A stretch of 55,149 nt of DNA from a virus (IMGVR_UViG_3300021424_000040:1-55149), one strand, 5' to 3'. Numbered from the stretch's first letter, positions 20,701-27,665 are shown. Made by a program: numbers and translations. Notes: a model not told the origin generated them from the letters alone.

Positions 20701-22295
20701 AACGAGTCATCTGAAGCACGAACGTGGAAGTTTCTCCAATCATCCTTCCAATATGCATCACCCTTAATGTGATAAGGAGTGGTTGCAAACGCATCAGTTA
20801 GAGGGGCTTGGTTCCATGTGTTGCTAAACTCATCGTAGCGAATGAAAGCACGGTCGTCTCTCTGTAGCGAAACACCTGTATACTGAGCGATAACCATCGA
20901 CTTGAAACCAGTCGCTCTGCGACCGTCAGCCCAGATACCACAGATACCCCAAGTCGAACGAATCGAGCAGTTGAAGACGTATGGGGATGCTGATTCTACC
21001 GAGTCAACCTCTGCCTGAACAGTAGCAGTTTGATTGAGAGGAATAGTAGAAGTAGCAGTATATGTTTCACCAGAAGTTAGATTCAAACCCTGTGCAGTGA
21101 ATGGCACACGATAGTAGAACACTTTAGGATCATTTGTGCTGATATTATATACAGCAAATACACCATTCAGTGCTTCATTGAGATTATTGTTAGTTACTGC
21201 AACGTACTGTCCAGGGAAGAATCCATGATTAATCTTAGTTCTTACTTCAAGAGTAAGAATACCTGTATCATTTCCAGTGCCGTCAATCAACTTGATACTG
21301 TCAATAAACACAGCATCAGAAAGAGGACCAACGATTCTATTTTCTTGTACTCTGTAATCAAACTCTCTACCACGAACAACAAGACGAGTCCATTTAGTAT
21401 CATCAGACTCTGGATTAATACCAACCACAACAGCATTTGCTACAAATGCATTCCCATTATAAAGAACTTTATCTCCACTATTATAAGTAGTTGTGCTTGA
21501 CCACTGTTGTGTTACGGGAGTGCTAGAACCTTCAACATACACATCATCAATATTTGGTTGATAATCACCAAAAGCTCTTGCAATCTTTCTGTAAAGTAAT
21601 CCTAAATCTTCTCTATCAGCAAACACGAAGTTTGTGATCTTGTGGTGTGAGAACTCAGGTACTGGGCGATTAGTTGTATCGTTTGGTTGCGTGTAGACGC
21701 GACCTACAGTACCGTCGTATAAAGGAGAGTTTGATGAAAGGTCTCCATCGAGAATGGTGAACTGCCAGAAATAACAACCACCAGTTACATTGAATAGAGC
21801 ACAACGAGGAACATCCTTATCAGCAGGATCAGGAACATATAGAGCACGAACCTGAGTTCTACGAAGGTCAGTACCTACAAGTGACGTACCTCTAGGAATA
21901 GTCGCACCACCATCACGACCATTGAATCTATAGAGAACATTGTCTGGATCAGATAAATCAAAACTTACATCTTCATTTGCTTCCCACTGCTGAAGAGCTT
22001 CATTGTATTGAAATACTGGAATATCTTCAACATCAGGTACGCCTGGTCTGTTATCAATATAGTGATTACCAGGAGCCAGCATGATTGTAAACTGGTCGAA
22101 TCTGTCGTTATCTACGTTTGGTAGATACGAGAATCTAGCAACCTCTAAAAACGCACGCTGAATGCTGATAAAAGGTCTTAAAGGTGTATTACCTCTGTTA
22201 TCTAAGGCGTCGGACGCATTATAATCATCGGGAGAAACATAAAGATATTTACCAGTCTTACTTGAAATAAGATTATCTAATCTCGTTAATGGCAT
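11757..22295 (-). CDS. giant (3512 aa) virion structural / tail fibre protein
   Basis: Uninterrupted ORF behind a TATAAATA late promoter. It has a beta-helix-like N-terminal region, a CBM5/12-like segment, Cys-containing helical repeats, G/T/S/N-rich beta repeats and a C-terminal gp9/10-like 'LKLPATPQTGDMIRFVD'. Confidence 0.85.
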   Translation of the reverse strand: MPLTRLDNLISSKTGKYLYVSPDDYNASDALDNRGNTPLRPFISIQRAFLEVARFSYLPNVDNDRFDQFTIMLAPGNHYIDNRPGVPDVEDIPVFQYNEALQQWEANEDVSFDLSDPDNVLYRFNGRDGGATIPRGTSLVGTDLRRTQVRALYVPDPADKDVPRCALFNVTGGCYFWQFTILDGDLSSNSPLYDGTVGRVYTQPNDTTNRPVPEFSHHKITNFVFADREDLGLLYRKIARAFGDYQPNIDDVYVEGSSTPVTQQWSSTTTYNSGDKVLYNGNAFVANAVVVGINPESDDTKWTRLVVRGREFDYRVQENRIVGPLSDAVFIDSIKLIDGTGNDTGILTLEVRTKINHGFFPGQYVAVTNNNLNEALNGVFAVYNISTNDPKVFYYRVPFTAQGLNLTSGETYTATSTIPLNQTATVQAEVDSVESASPYVFNCSIRSTWGICGIWADGRRATGFKSMVIAQYTGVSLQRDDRAFIRYDEFSNTWNQAPLTDAFATTPYHIKGDAYWKDDWRNFHVRASDDSFIQNVSIFAVGFADHFLLESGGDMSITNSNSNFGNTSMHSIGFKGFSFNQDKGGYITDIIPPQELKTSDKTKQQYYPIQINLTNDTTNTSRIYLAGDSVKDPENRPAASVNKFRLGARVNEQIKVKLNAGTGESGPTEKSAVLSPSGFKRWASSLTTLNPAGASFTTEYNLRQDAANLIEANQTFIQSEAFGYILEKYPDLQNIPYVNPSITADTGRYRDASNLIRANRQEIIDTAYSEMVTSSPGFVNPNETKCRRDLGIIIDSIADDLYDGGNIHMVEATESYFGNNGQPLSNGLTGEETQSVFAFNRVRDLCKLAIANMLSSTSSLQVASMTASGTTVTVTCSSPHNLTVGTSISVIGLNQSAYNGEFTVLSSGLTATQFKYTALSAPSSTPAIGVPYISTVTIDYANRTAAASILKNASDLIFANKQEIINSAFATLTTSQVAAIPGNTGESTAGSTKCKRDIGIIVSAVANDLNFGGNEYTIANLKEYFSGNALLTNGLAGEITASIAAFNAARDLCKQAITNQLTVKDLTILPDPATGSNTSVNSCASTKSIIDNLFGIVTTTLTAGNLNNLAAVNNGLYDCANVRTTIDTLTAILTTSISSGNLNSLPTPNPGAWSRVSENSKCKRDIGYIVEAIVADLRLGGNVNTINAAKAYYVGVTQDTDGVNDGFTLDYIQDELSETLDAYNYVRDLCISAMRNHNTYATVNTANSAIVTVPSTRGLTVGMKVVGVNNIPSNTGNNTGNELTNYNDQYEEVVDGKVVPKSTNISTAYIPADSYIKRIVNSTQIELGTKGSKFNLGTTKTAVAGTSVKVFFQLEEGVWTSTIEPSVDNTVTQDYTYSGDGECSSIYSALNTYFAIISTILQNGVNSVTPTAPEIDTALLSQRATAFTLQEIQGENLLANPHNLETGTPVRLVPRAKPGSNVDKRLVRLPKGFSTNTKYFVIAPGRRTQPFDYATGDFSKTDQQKILLATSEENAAAGIYIYSSETENINQNVIIDVYQYVQDISYDLHQYKTTLFDSTTFLTESPHIFDVPVNDAGVTLQRVFFRTGSDLGANSTLPNPANTYIGLFNDTTEYYVRYFDDGNGNYIAKKFKIFLTAQNAIANENPVEFFENSGTTFYTFANKKRSPLKFDPTVDVASTPKGRWYLNTVSDGSTNNIITRLKQSDYSDDSVGDNAKTSDSFYERVNDARTKQDRVYRFRFVIPAYRGTTVRDPLNGFVFKLRTDSKRKLLAQKILLKPTGNASPFATFYALNSANQQVSEKLGWTYAQLNAAGFDDTVYDPYLNPVKIQTNSKITASIQSARQRTINGVNYLELTVFDHDVDAAYKTTIFTTVKITSPQGGDGTFEASLTDLDSDNFIEWEGACSGSGYVHAFLKYENEYYLILKGITGNSVLDFNVFETTTFKQGSVSAVMMDEPDGGRTDKSRNLYAVEGANVYTLTPGDVVKDSTNVSYTIAEVTDVEDLEGSYYIFSVDTIRRRIPNQQDGVYYLTCVRGDIRPFPVGSGVGENFRNFRFSQPISKLYPEFYKNDPEWYRALDDSLKDPPATISAADNYVHGLVTVNDSKNSLTKEAVLDFVQDPGSGTYSFTDENIIEAQSGPASAGSETRKIPISGDSQYPTEKRLYVELRRPSIARSGNHTFEYLGFGPGNYSTGFPARQEVVLTDTQDFYAQAKREDAGIVFYTGLNSNGDLYIGNRKINAITGEETFLEKAEVVESEDDNEDIGTLVTTFDVPVTFKDIITVEGFDGTKPSVFTSPIFVNVNALNSSGGPVDPAITVKTNIDLNNDDDKLNITSLGQKTGDIKIEKNSISLGMLRMYARGEQSYTFRTHITNKTPDQASPFGGSGPSTQIIEFGSRNPISGDVLLKGSQTDVTGGAGWIFANTYSVITKQGDSGITNPQIASIQGFGSGNIIRLNWNVAGSPPWTNTLLSITESTQIKIVGAQSPIAQINGIWRVVNTVANPFSSSATYLDVTPAEGQQITVESNTYSIITQTQPNIVVSRSSTYWKEWGIIGTEALRTETSNIGDYKLGINTVSRSPHSAYNNAFISDETVPRANLDLVGTAFFSGKTLATSPNNYVANSNPTNRTFNGVSNAFLIGGDSANPNSEATFRLSTSTNRIGINITNAELDRTIVVDGDGRITGNFRFESDIEVNGGDITTTVTTGTFNFVDNTTFTGTLNIGNYPATVNFAARATSFNIANITTSTQTINIGNAAVNQTLNIGNTGTGTHDVNLATAATGSTTLDIFNSSANVRVDIGNPSTSATSSKLTLGGAYNANESNSFLEVKTRSTKFWGDVAIGINKGLSDTVTLGTTAGKVNFFSDSGSASEISFGLNASVLNIGGQGGTTTVKNSLTVDASLLVKGNITLDGGTATFSFNGARASLGSTISSHTGYPSAPPVDKNVDLVTIVSGFDNKVDTAGAGPWGGTFFQNAINTYLADDGTALAALSGNQYYLPLESAPTYSENDDILIDSAVSGSGSTATHPEIVRVASGGLRRTTAAPYYIIVTRQPYGTFLPTKTNHPDDSNIKKVNVALDSTWLIANVDGSGTTDVFNLSEFGGTLAQGDYIFVSRNVSGSSGEAVKIGTSTGSVAQKLKVTNGAGSTKFEVDSTDGATVVSDATSLGGLTVYGPFNLVSSCSATTADRLFSLKDSTTNRFTVDMCNGETTITQGTLTTDVNVLDATATWNSSAVTFTGIKLNITNTASNDASKLIDLQVGGTSRLNVDASSGDTFVLGDLTVSGNDIKSSTNTALTLSGSDVTVVGDLTVTGNDIKSSTGSTVLTLSGNDATFADNVTVTGDLTVSGGDFVVNASSTERFAVNNNGSVDLGGINNYFTNSGGRKWLYLSAGTNTDATAPTLISNVNYILKPSGTGALVLKLPATPQTGDMIRFVDASGGLTFNCTLVIRAPKQGSNATPIQGDDTGTLAGNRSTVWDSGELLVNTPNAAFGLLYIGNLDGNGTAIDSAQQGWWIMEI

Positions 22296-22333
22296 TACTC
22301 AGTTACCCTAACTATGGTGGATTTCTTCTGAGT

Positions 22334-22341
22334 TATTTATA
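22334..22341 (-). promoter_or_regulatory. T4-type late promoter
   Basis: Exact TATAAATA about 40 nt upstream of the giant fibre gene. Confidence 0.85.
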
Positions 22342-22342
22342 A

Positions 22343-22369
22343 GAAAAAACCTCAGGCGAACCTGAGGTT
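22343..22369 (-). terminator. rho-independent terminator after the tRNA cluster
   Basis: AACCTCAGG-TTCG-CCTGAGGTT followed by a T-run. Confidence 0.85.
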
Positions 22370-22391
22370 ACTGCGTCTTCCTTCACACGGA

Positions 22392-22465
22392 AGCCCAAGG
22401 TCGGACTTGAACCGACGACCTACGGTTTACAAAACCGTTGCTCTATCCAGCTGAGCTACTCAGGC
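22392..22465 (-). tRNA. tRNA-Thr(UGU)
   Basis: Cloverleaf GCCTGAG...; anticodon arm ACGGT-TTTGTAA-ACCGT; GGTTCAAGTCC T-loop; CCA not encoded. Confidence 0.93.
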
Positions 22466-22466
22466 A

Positions 22467-22733
22467 TTAATCATCTTTAGGAAGTAAATCTGGATTTTCT
22501 ACTTCTAACTCAAACATCAGAGGATGCATCTCTTCCATAATCAAATAGTTACAATAAACAAACATGTCTTCATCATCGTAATCACGGTATTGGAGTGCTT
22601 CTGATTGAACTGAAGGATGTTCTTGTATTATTTGAGGAAGTTCATCAAATGTATATGGAACACCTTGAATGAAATACATACGAACTACCTCACCCATATA
22701 AAAGCAATATGCTTGAGAGAGTGTGTATTTCAT
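22467..22733 (-). CDS. conserved cyanophage-type hypothetical protein
   Basis: 88-aa acidic ORF between two tRNA genes, with a CTAAATA late-promoter variant upstream. Confidence 0.8.
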   Translation of the reverse strand: MKYTLSQAYCFYMGEVVRMYFIQGVPYTFDELPQIIQEHPSVQSEALQYRDYDDEDMFVYCNYLIMEEMHPLMFELEVENPDLLPKDD

Positions 22734-22764
22734 AACATTTCCACTACAATGTATTTAGTGGAAA

Positions 22765-22847
22765 TAGGGCGAGGGGGACTTGAACCCCCACAGGCTAAGC
22801 CCGACAGATTTTAAGTCTGGTGTGTCTACCGATTCCACCACCGCCCC
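22765..22847 (-). tRNA. tRNA-Leu(UAA)
   Basis: GGGGCGG acceptor stem; anticodon arm CCAGA-CTTAAAA-TCTGT; long variable arm; GGTTCAAGTCC. Confidence 0.93.
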
Positions 22848-22861
22848 GTGGTGATGACAGT

Positions 22862-22890
22862 ATTATAGCAGATGCTCAAGTGACTGTCAA
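22862..22890 (-). promoter_or_regulatory. consensus sigma70 promoter for tRNA-Leu
   Basis: TTGACA-17 nt-TATAAT with an extended TG. Confidence 0.88.
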
Positions 22891-22891
22891 G

Positions 22892-22964
22892 TGCTGATTG
22901 TGGGGATCGAACCCACCTGTATCCGATTATGAGTCGGGTGCTTTCACCAGATAGCTAAACCAGC
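22892..22964 (-). tRNA. tRNA with CAU anticodon (elongator Met or lysidine-modified Ile2)
   Basis: GCTGGTT/AATCAGC acceptor; anticodon arm CCCGA-CTCATAA-TCGGA; lacks initiator features. Confidence 0.88.
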
Positions 22965-22965
22965 A

Positions 22966-23154
22966 TCAGCGTATCACAAAGTTTTGTGATTTTAACAGTT
23001 TACTACACTGGTCTTTTAGTTCAACTAACTCGTTGATTGTAGAACATTTAAAGGTGATAGTCGTTCCATCGTCACCTCGGATGATTACCTTCTTATTATA
23101 CAGGTCAACCGTGATGGTGTCAAGAGCTGACTCAGAAGGATTTTTAAGATTCAT
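22966..23154 (-). CDS. hypothetical protein
   Basis: 62-aa ORF with a GAGGT SD, downstream of a sigma70 promoter. Confidence 0.65.
   Translation of the reverse strand: MNLKNPSESALDTITVDLYNKKVIIRGDDGTTITFKCSTINELVELKDQCSKLLKSQNFVIR
23095..23123 (-). promoter_or_regulatory. consensus sigma70 promoter inside the 62-aa ORF
   Basis: TTGACA-17 nt-TATAAT. Confidence 0.75.
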
Positions 23155-23184
23155 AAGACTCAGACCTCAAAGCGCCACATTGCT

Positions 23185-23213
23185 AGTATACAGGGTTTGA
23201 TCGTTGCTGTCAA
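23185..23213 (-). promoter_or_regulatory. sigma70-type promoter
   Basis: TTGACA-17 nt-TATACT. Confidence 0.8.
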
Positions 23214-23215
23214 GC

Positions 23216-24763
23216 TCAGTTCAGGAATATTCCTGTCATGTTTTTGATTGTAGTTTTTGCTAGACTAATCTGAATATATTTGTCTATAGGTGGTACTATT
23301 GGGGTTGGAGAAACTGCCATAGTTACTTCTGTGCCGCTAAACAACACGGATTTTCCTATAACTGATCCCGCATAAACGCCAGGTTTTGTCAATCCTTTAA
23401 CTAACGCTGGAGTAGATAAATCTGCTTTCAATGACGCAGTATCAAATACTGCAGCAAACATAGATTCCTGAGATGCCATTATTACATTTCCAAGATTTGT
23501 AGTTAAATCTATATTTCCTGTTGTCGCCCTCACTTTTAATCCACCACCAACTGCTGTTGCTGGACTGTGTATGTATACAACTGGAGGAGTTTTCTCTACA
23601 CTTTTTGCTCCTATTGCTGGCTTGACAAGATTTTTATTTACGATATAATAACCAGCACTAACACCATTAATAATAGGAGATGGACCCAAAGGAGGCGGAA
23701 CTGGAACTAACTGCCTCATAACTTCCGTCATTTTTCTTCCGCCAATTTCTTCCAACATGTCACCTTCTACTTTAATACTCATAGTACCAGCAGATTCAAT
23801 AGCAAAGTTTCCTTGAGGATCATTCATAGCAATAATTTGTTCACCATCACACTTTGCGTAGTTAGCAGATTCTATTCCTTGTTTACTAACATAAGTTTGT
23901 TTGAAAACACTTGATTTCATTTCAATAGTTCCACCTTGCTCATCTGATGGTGCTTGTCCTGCTGTAGTTTGTTCTCCTGATCCAACACCAGCATGAATTT
24001 TAATGTCAGTACCTTTTAGTTCCAAAGAATCTGCTGCATCTATTAAAATATTATTCCCACCTAATCTAAGATCTCCATTTGAACATTTAATATCTGCGTT
24101 TCCATTAATATACAATGAAAAAGAAGGCCCTTCAGTTCCAGAAGAACCAGACTTGCCAGATAAAACTTTATTATTATTTCCAACTTCTATTACTAAATAT
24201 TCACCTACTTTAATCTGACTACCACCATCCGCCAAAACATGAAATCCACCTGTTTTTGGATCTTCGGATGGATTTTTTGTTCCTCGTATATAAAAACTTC
24301 CATCAGTATCAATAGTAAATCCAGCTCCAGAACTAGTTAGTACTTGATAAAAACTATCACCTGTCTGTGTATCATGTCCTTCAGTTTTTATAATATTGCC
24401 TCCCTGACTAACTTCAGATTTGACTTTATCGACCGCAGCAAATGCGTTTCCTGCTTGAAAGTTTTCTTGCGCTTCACTGTCAGTTCCAGAAGAACTTCCA
24501 GTGCCTTTTAGCTCATCTGGAATCCATGCTCCAATATTTTGGAGTACTCCCATTACTTCAGAACCAAAGTCATTAATGCTAGACTGTATATCAGATAAAG
24601 TATCACTTATTCCAGCAGTTAGATCTCCAGGGTCGCCAAGGTCTATAACATTAGGAGAAGTAGTTGATAGAGACGAATCACAACCTTCATCTTGCACTGG
24701 AACTGCCAGTGTAGAAGCTCCAGATCTTAGTTCTGCTTGCAACTCTAACCAAGTTTTTGCCAT
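23216..24763 (-). CDS. baseplate spike-related protein (gp5 C-terminal beta-helix-like)
   Basis: Follows gp5; short beta-strand repeats such as 'GTMSIKVEGDMLEEIGG' and 'INGNADIKC'. Confidence 0.55.
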   Translation of the reverse strand: MAKTWLELQAELRSGASTLAVPVQDEGCDSSLSTTSPNVIDLGDPGDLTAGISDTLSDIQSSINDFGSEVMGVLQNIGAWIPDELKGTGSSSGTDSEAQENFQAGNAFAAVDKVKSEVSQGGNIIKTEGHDTQTGDSFYQVLTSSGAGFTIDTDGSFYIRGTKNPSEDPKTGGFHVLADGGSQIKVGEYLVIEVGNNNKVLSGKSGSSGTEGPSFSLYINGNADIKCSNGDLRLGGNNILIDAADSLELKGTDIKIHAGVGSGEQTTAGQAPSDEQGGTIEMKSSVFKQTYVSKQGIESANYAKCDGEQIIAMNDPQGNFAIESAGTMSIKVEGDMLEEIGGRKMTEVMRQLVPVPPPLGPSPIINGVSAGYYIVNKNLVKPAIGAKSVEKTPPVVYIHSPATAVGGGLKVRATTGNIDLTTNLGNVIMASQESMFAAVFDTASLKADLSTPALVKGLTKPGVYAGSVIGKSVLFSGTEVTMAVSPTPIVPPIDKYIQISLAKTTIKNMTGIFLN

Positions 24764-24774
24764 AATACTTTACT

Positions 24775-27441
24775 CTACGGGCAATCGATAACCTCATCAG
24801 CACCAGATGGAGCGATTTCTCCAACCAGCTGATTAAACTTACTATTATCTAGGCAAGAAAAGGATGGTATTGCTTTAGCACCATACCCATTTCCTTGAAT
24901 AACTATTTCTGGATATTTTTCAAAACTTTTTATTTTGTCTAAAACTTGTACGTCAACTATATTTCCGTTATCATTTATTATAGCTCTAGCAATAGATGGA
25001 TCACCATTTACATATATTGTGGGAACTTTTGTATAACCTATTCCTGGCCTAATCAAAACAAATCCATCAATAACACATTGTTTAGTTCTAGTTTTATTTG
25101 GTGTATATCCTCTTCCTGGTCTTTGAACCAATACTTTCTGCAATCTTCCAGTATCATCTAAAACTGCTTTTGCTGATGCTCCAACACCAACACCATATAT
25201 TTTTATAAAGGGTGGAAAAACATATGGATCCCCAGGATCTTCGATTGGTATATCTATTATCTTACCATCCTCATCTACTTCAGGTGTACCCAATAACGGT
25301 GATTTAAATGTAGGTTGTTGTGGTGTTGTAGAAGGTGGAACAGGAACAGGATTCACAATAGTAAATAGTTTAGATCTAGCGGCTACATTAAATGTAACTT
25401 GTCTTGATCCAGTAAAACTTAGGTTTTCGGAAATAGTTATAGTTTTTGTTGCTACACTATTATTCATCGTCATTTTTCCAAGAATACTGTTGTTAACGAA
25501 GTCTCCCGTCTGAACCACACCAAACATTACATAATCAAACTCTGTTCCATTTGATATAGTATTGGAAAGATCAGTCAACGTAAAAGTAATACTTTCACCT
25601 GCTTCAACAATATTTTTATCCGATACTAAAGAATAAGATACAAACACACTAGGTTGTATATTTACAGTGGAATCAACAAACTCTATGTTATCACTAGCAT
25701 CTCCTACAGGATATATTGAAAAATGACCAGTAGTTGAAAAATTTGCAATAATATTTGTGTTTATTACCGATATAGTTTCTGATTGACCTCCAGTAGAGAA
25801 AAATCCACTACCGATTACCCCAGCAATCATTGGTAATGTAGTTACAGTTTCAGTATCATCATCTTCACCTGGCAAATCATCTTCGTCTGGTTCATATGGA
25901 TTAGGAAAATCATCAAAATAATCTGGACCAAATGGATCATCTGGTGGTTCCAATACCCCTTCTGGTTCTCCACTAAACTCATCTGGATTTGGTTCACCTC
26001 CACCAACATCTGCTTCTGTTAATGGGGGGCATGGAATAGCAGTAGATTCTTGGCAACTTGTTTGTAACGGAACTGGCGCAATATCATCTCGTATATCTGC
26101 TATAAGTTTGTCCAACATAGCAAAATCGTCAGCTCCTGGTTTCTTCTCAGGTCCAGTACAATTTTTAAGTTGTTCCTTATCTCTACATTTGTTGCCATTT
26201 CCACTACAAGAAATGCCCAAAAGTTGAAAAATATATTCTAATGCAGCACCCAAAATGTTCAGTGGACTTGCAATAATACCTAGTAAAGATTGAAGTGGTC
26301 CTAAAATAGCATCTATTAATCCAGTTAAATATGATTCTATTTCAGTCAAAATTTCAGATATTACTGCTTCCACTACACAAGTTGCGCCATTAACAACACT
26401 GGTTAATAAATCTGTTATTAATTTAGTTAAAAAATCAAGCAACTTTTTTTCTAAATCAGCGATCGAACAGTTAATCTTTCCCAACTGATCATTTAACCAC
26501 TGAATAATACTACCAAGAACTCCAGTCTTTTTAGTTTTTATTGCTTCTCCCGTTACTGGATCTATAGTCGGAGCTGGTATACCCATTGCAAACTTAACGA
26601 TAGCACCAACACCTTTTTTTATCAATGCTAGCATTTGAGCTTTTGCTCTTTCGATATATGCTCTAGCAACACCAAAAGCTCTATTAATATATCCTTTTGC
26701 TGCATTAGAATAATCAACTAAAGTTCCAGTAGCATTACTCAATAACTTAGTTCCTATTTGCCCACCACTACTTGAAATAGAACCAAATAGTTCAGTTAGA
26801 GTATTTTCCATCCAACTATCAGTTTTATTAGCATCTTTACATGCTACGTCAGCAACGTTCGCACAAGAAAATCTCGTAGAAGTTGCAGTGGTACTGTACT
26901 CGGAAGCAGATTGAGCAACAATCGGCGTTGGTCCTGGATTATTAGTTCCCTTTCCTTTAACGTCACCAGTATTTCCTGGTCTAGCATCTGATTTATTTAC
27001 TGCACCTACTGGTTGAGCAACATATGGATTAGTTGGTGGTATAAATCGAGTAAATGCTAAACATTCTTCAGTTTGTGTTTGAGCACTGAAATCATTACTG
27101 CTTGTGGAGTTTGTTACTTTCTGCAAACTACCCATAATAATAGGTTGTTGCCCTATAGCACCATCCATAAAGAAACCAATAACCCAGTCTCCTTTTTGTA
27201 ACTTCGCAGAAGAGTAGTTACTATTTCCTTCACTGGAAGGTGCGGTAACTGGCAGCATTACTACTGCCCAAGGTAAATCAGATACTGGAACTGCAGTGCA
27301 ACTTCTTACATGCTGACCGACAATACGAACTTTATACCTGTTAGAATTTTTTACACCATCTTCCGTCTCTACTTGTCCAATCCACCAGTAGAAACCGTCT
27401 TTTCCAGCAAAATTAACAGGTAAGTTAAGTTCAGGTAGCAT
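24775..27441 (-). CDS. gp5: baseplate hub subunit gp5 (N-terminal OB fold; no lysozyme domain seen)
   Basis: 'GKDGFYWWIGQVE...RYKVRIVG.H...LPWA.V.LP...GDWVIGFFMDG..GQQPIIMG'. Confidence 0.85.
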   Translation of the reverse strand: MLPELNLPVNFAGKDGFYWWIGQVETEDGVKNSNRYKVRIVGQHVRSCTAVPVSDLPWAVVMLPVTAPSSEGNSNYSSAKLQKGDWVIGFFMDGAIGQQPIIMGSLQKVTNSTSSNDFSAQTQTEECLAFTRFIPPTNPYVAQPVGAVNKSDARPGNTGDVKGKGTNNPGPTPIVAQSASEYSTTATSTRFSCANVADVACKDANKTDSWMENTLTELFGSISSSGGQIGTKLLSNATGTLVDYSNAAKGYINRAFGVARAYIERAKAQMLALIKKGVGAIVKFAMGIPAPTIDPVTGEAIKTKKTGVLGSIIQWLNDQLGKINCSIADLEKKLLDFLTKLITDLLTSVVNGATCVVEAVISEILTEIESYLTGLIDAILGPLQSLLGIIASPLNILGAALEYIFQLLGISCSGNGNKCRDKEQLKNCTGPEKKPGADDFAMLDKLIADIRDDIAPVPLQTSCQESTAIPCPPLTEADVGGGEPNPDEFSGEPEGVLEPPDDPFGPDYFDDFPNPYEPDEDDLPGEDDDTETVTTLPMIAGVIGSGFFSTGGQSETISVINTNIIANFSTTGHFSIYPVGDASDNIEFVDSTVNIQPSVFVSYSLVSDKNIVEAGESITFTLTDLSNTISNGTEFDYVMFGVVQTGDFVNNSILGKMTMNNSVATKTITISENLSFTGSRQVTFNVAARSKLFTIVNPVPVPPSTTPQQPTFKSPLLGTPEVDEDGKIIDIPIEDPGDPYVFPPFIKIYGVGVGASAKAVLDDTGRLQKVLVQRPGRGYTPNKTRTKQCVIDGFVLIRPGIGYTKVPTIYVNGDPSIARAIINDNGNIVDVQVLDKIKSFEKYPEIVIQGNGYGAKAIPSFSCLDNSKFNQLVGEIAPSGADEVIDCP

Positions 27442-27443
27442 AT

Positions 27444-27662
27444 TTAAACATCAAATACTTTACATTCTAGGGCGTTTGGATTTGAGTCGCAATACAACTC
27501 CAATGGAGATGGATCGTGACTATCGTTTGGATGATTTTGTTTATATTTTTCCAGTTGTCCTAGTTCTTCTTCTACATGTCTTCTGGATTGAGATGATACA
27601 AGTGGATCATCTAAAATTTTACGATCATTTTCGATATGATCATCGATATTTTTTTCTGACAT
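27444..27662 (-). CDS. cp12: CP12 Calvin-cycle inhibitor (phage type)
   Basis: 'RRHVEEEL...SPLELYCDSNPNALECKVFD' with the C-terminal Cys pair. Confidence 0.92.
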   Translation of the reverse strand: MSEKNIDDHIENDRKILDDPLVSSQSRRHVEEELGQLEKYKQNHPNDSHDPSPLELYCDSNPNALECKVFDV

Positions 27663-27665
27663 TTT

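Noticed and set aside
8713-22295. Diversity-generating retroelement or invertible fibre cassette
   Set aside because: No reverse transcriptase, recombinase, template/variable repeat pair or inverted recombination sites were seen.
24763-24777. Read-through or frameshift joining gp5 to the 515-aa gene
   Set aside because: The genes are in different frames, no slippery heptamer precedes the stop, and the downstream gene has its own ATG.
27444-27662. CP12 inside the baseplate module as a novelty
   Set aside because: CP12 lacking the N-terminal Cys pair is a well-known cyanophage gene, and nothing in the sequence suggests a structural role.
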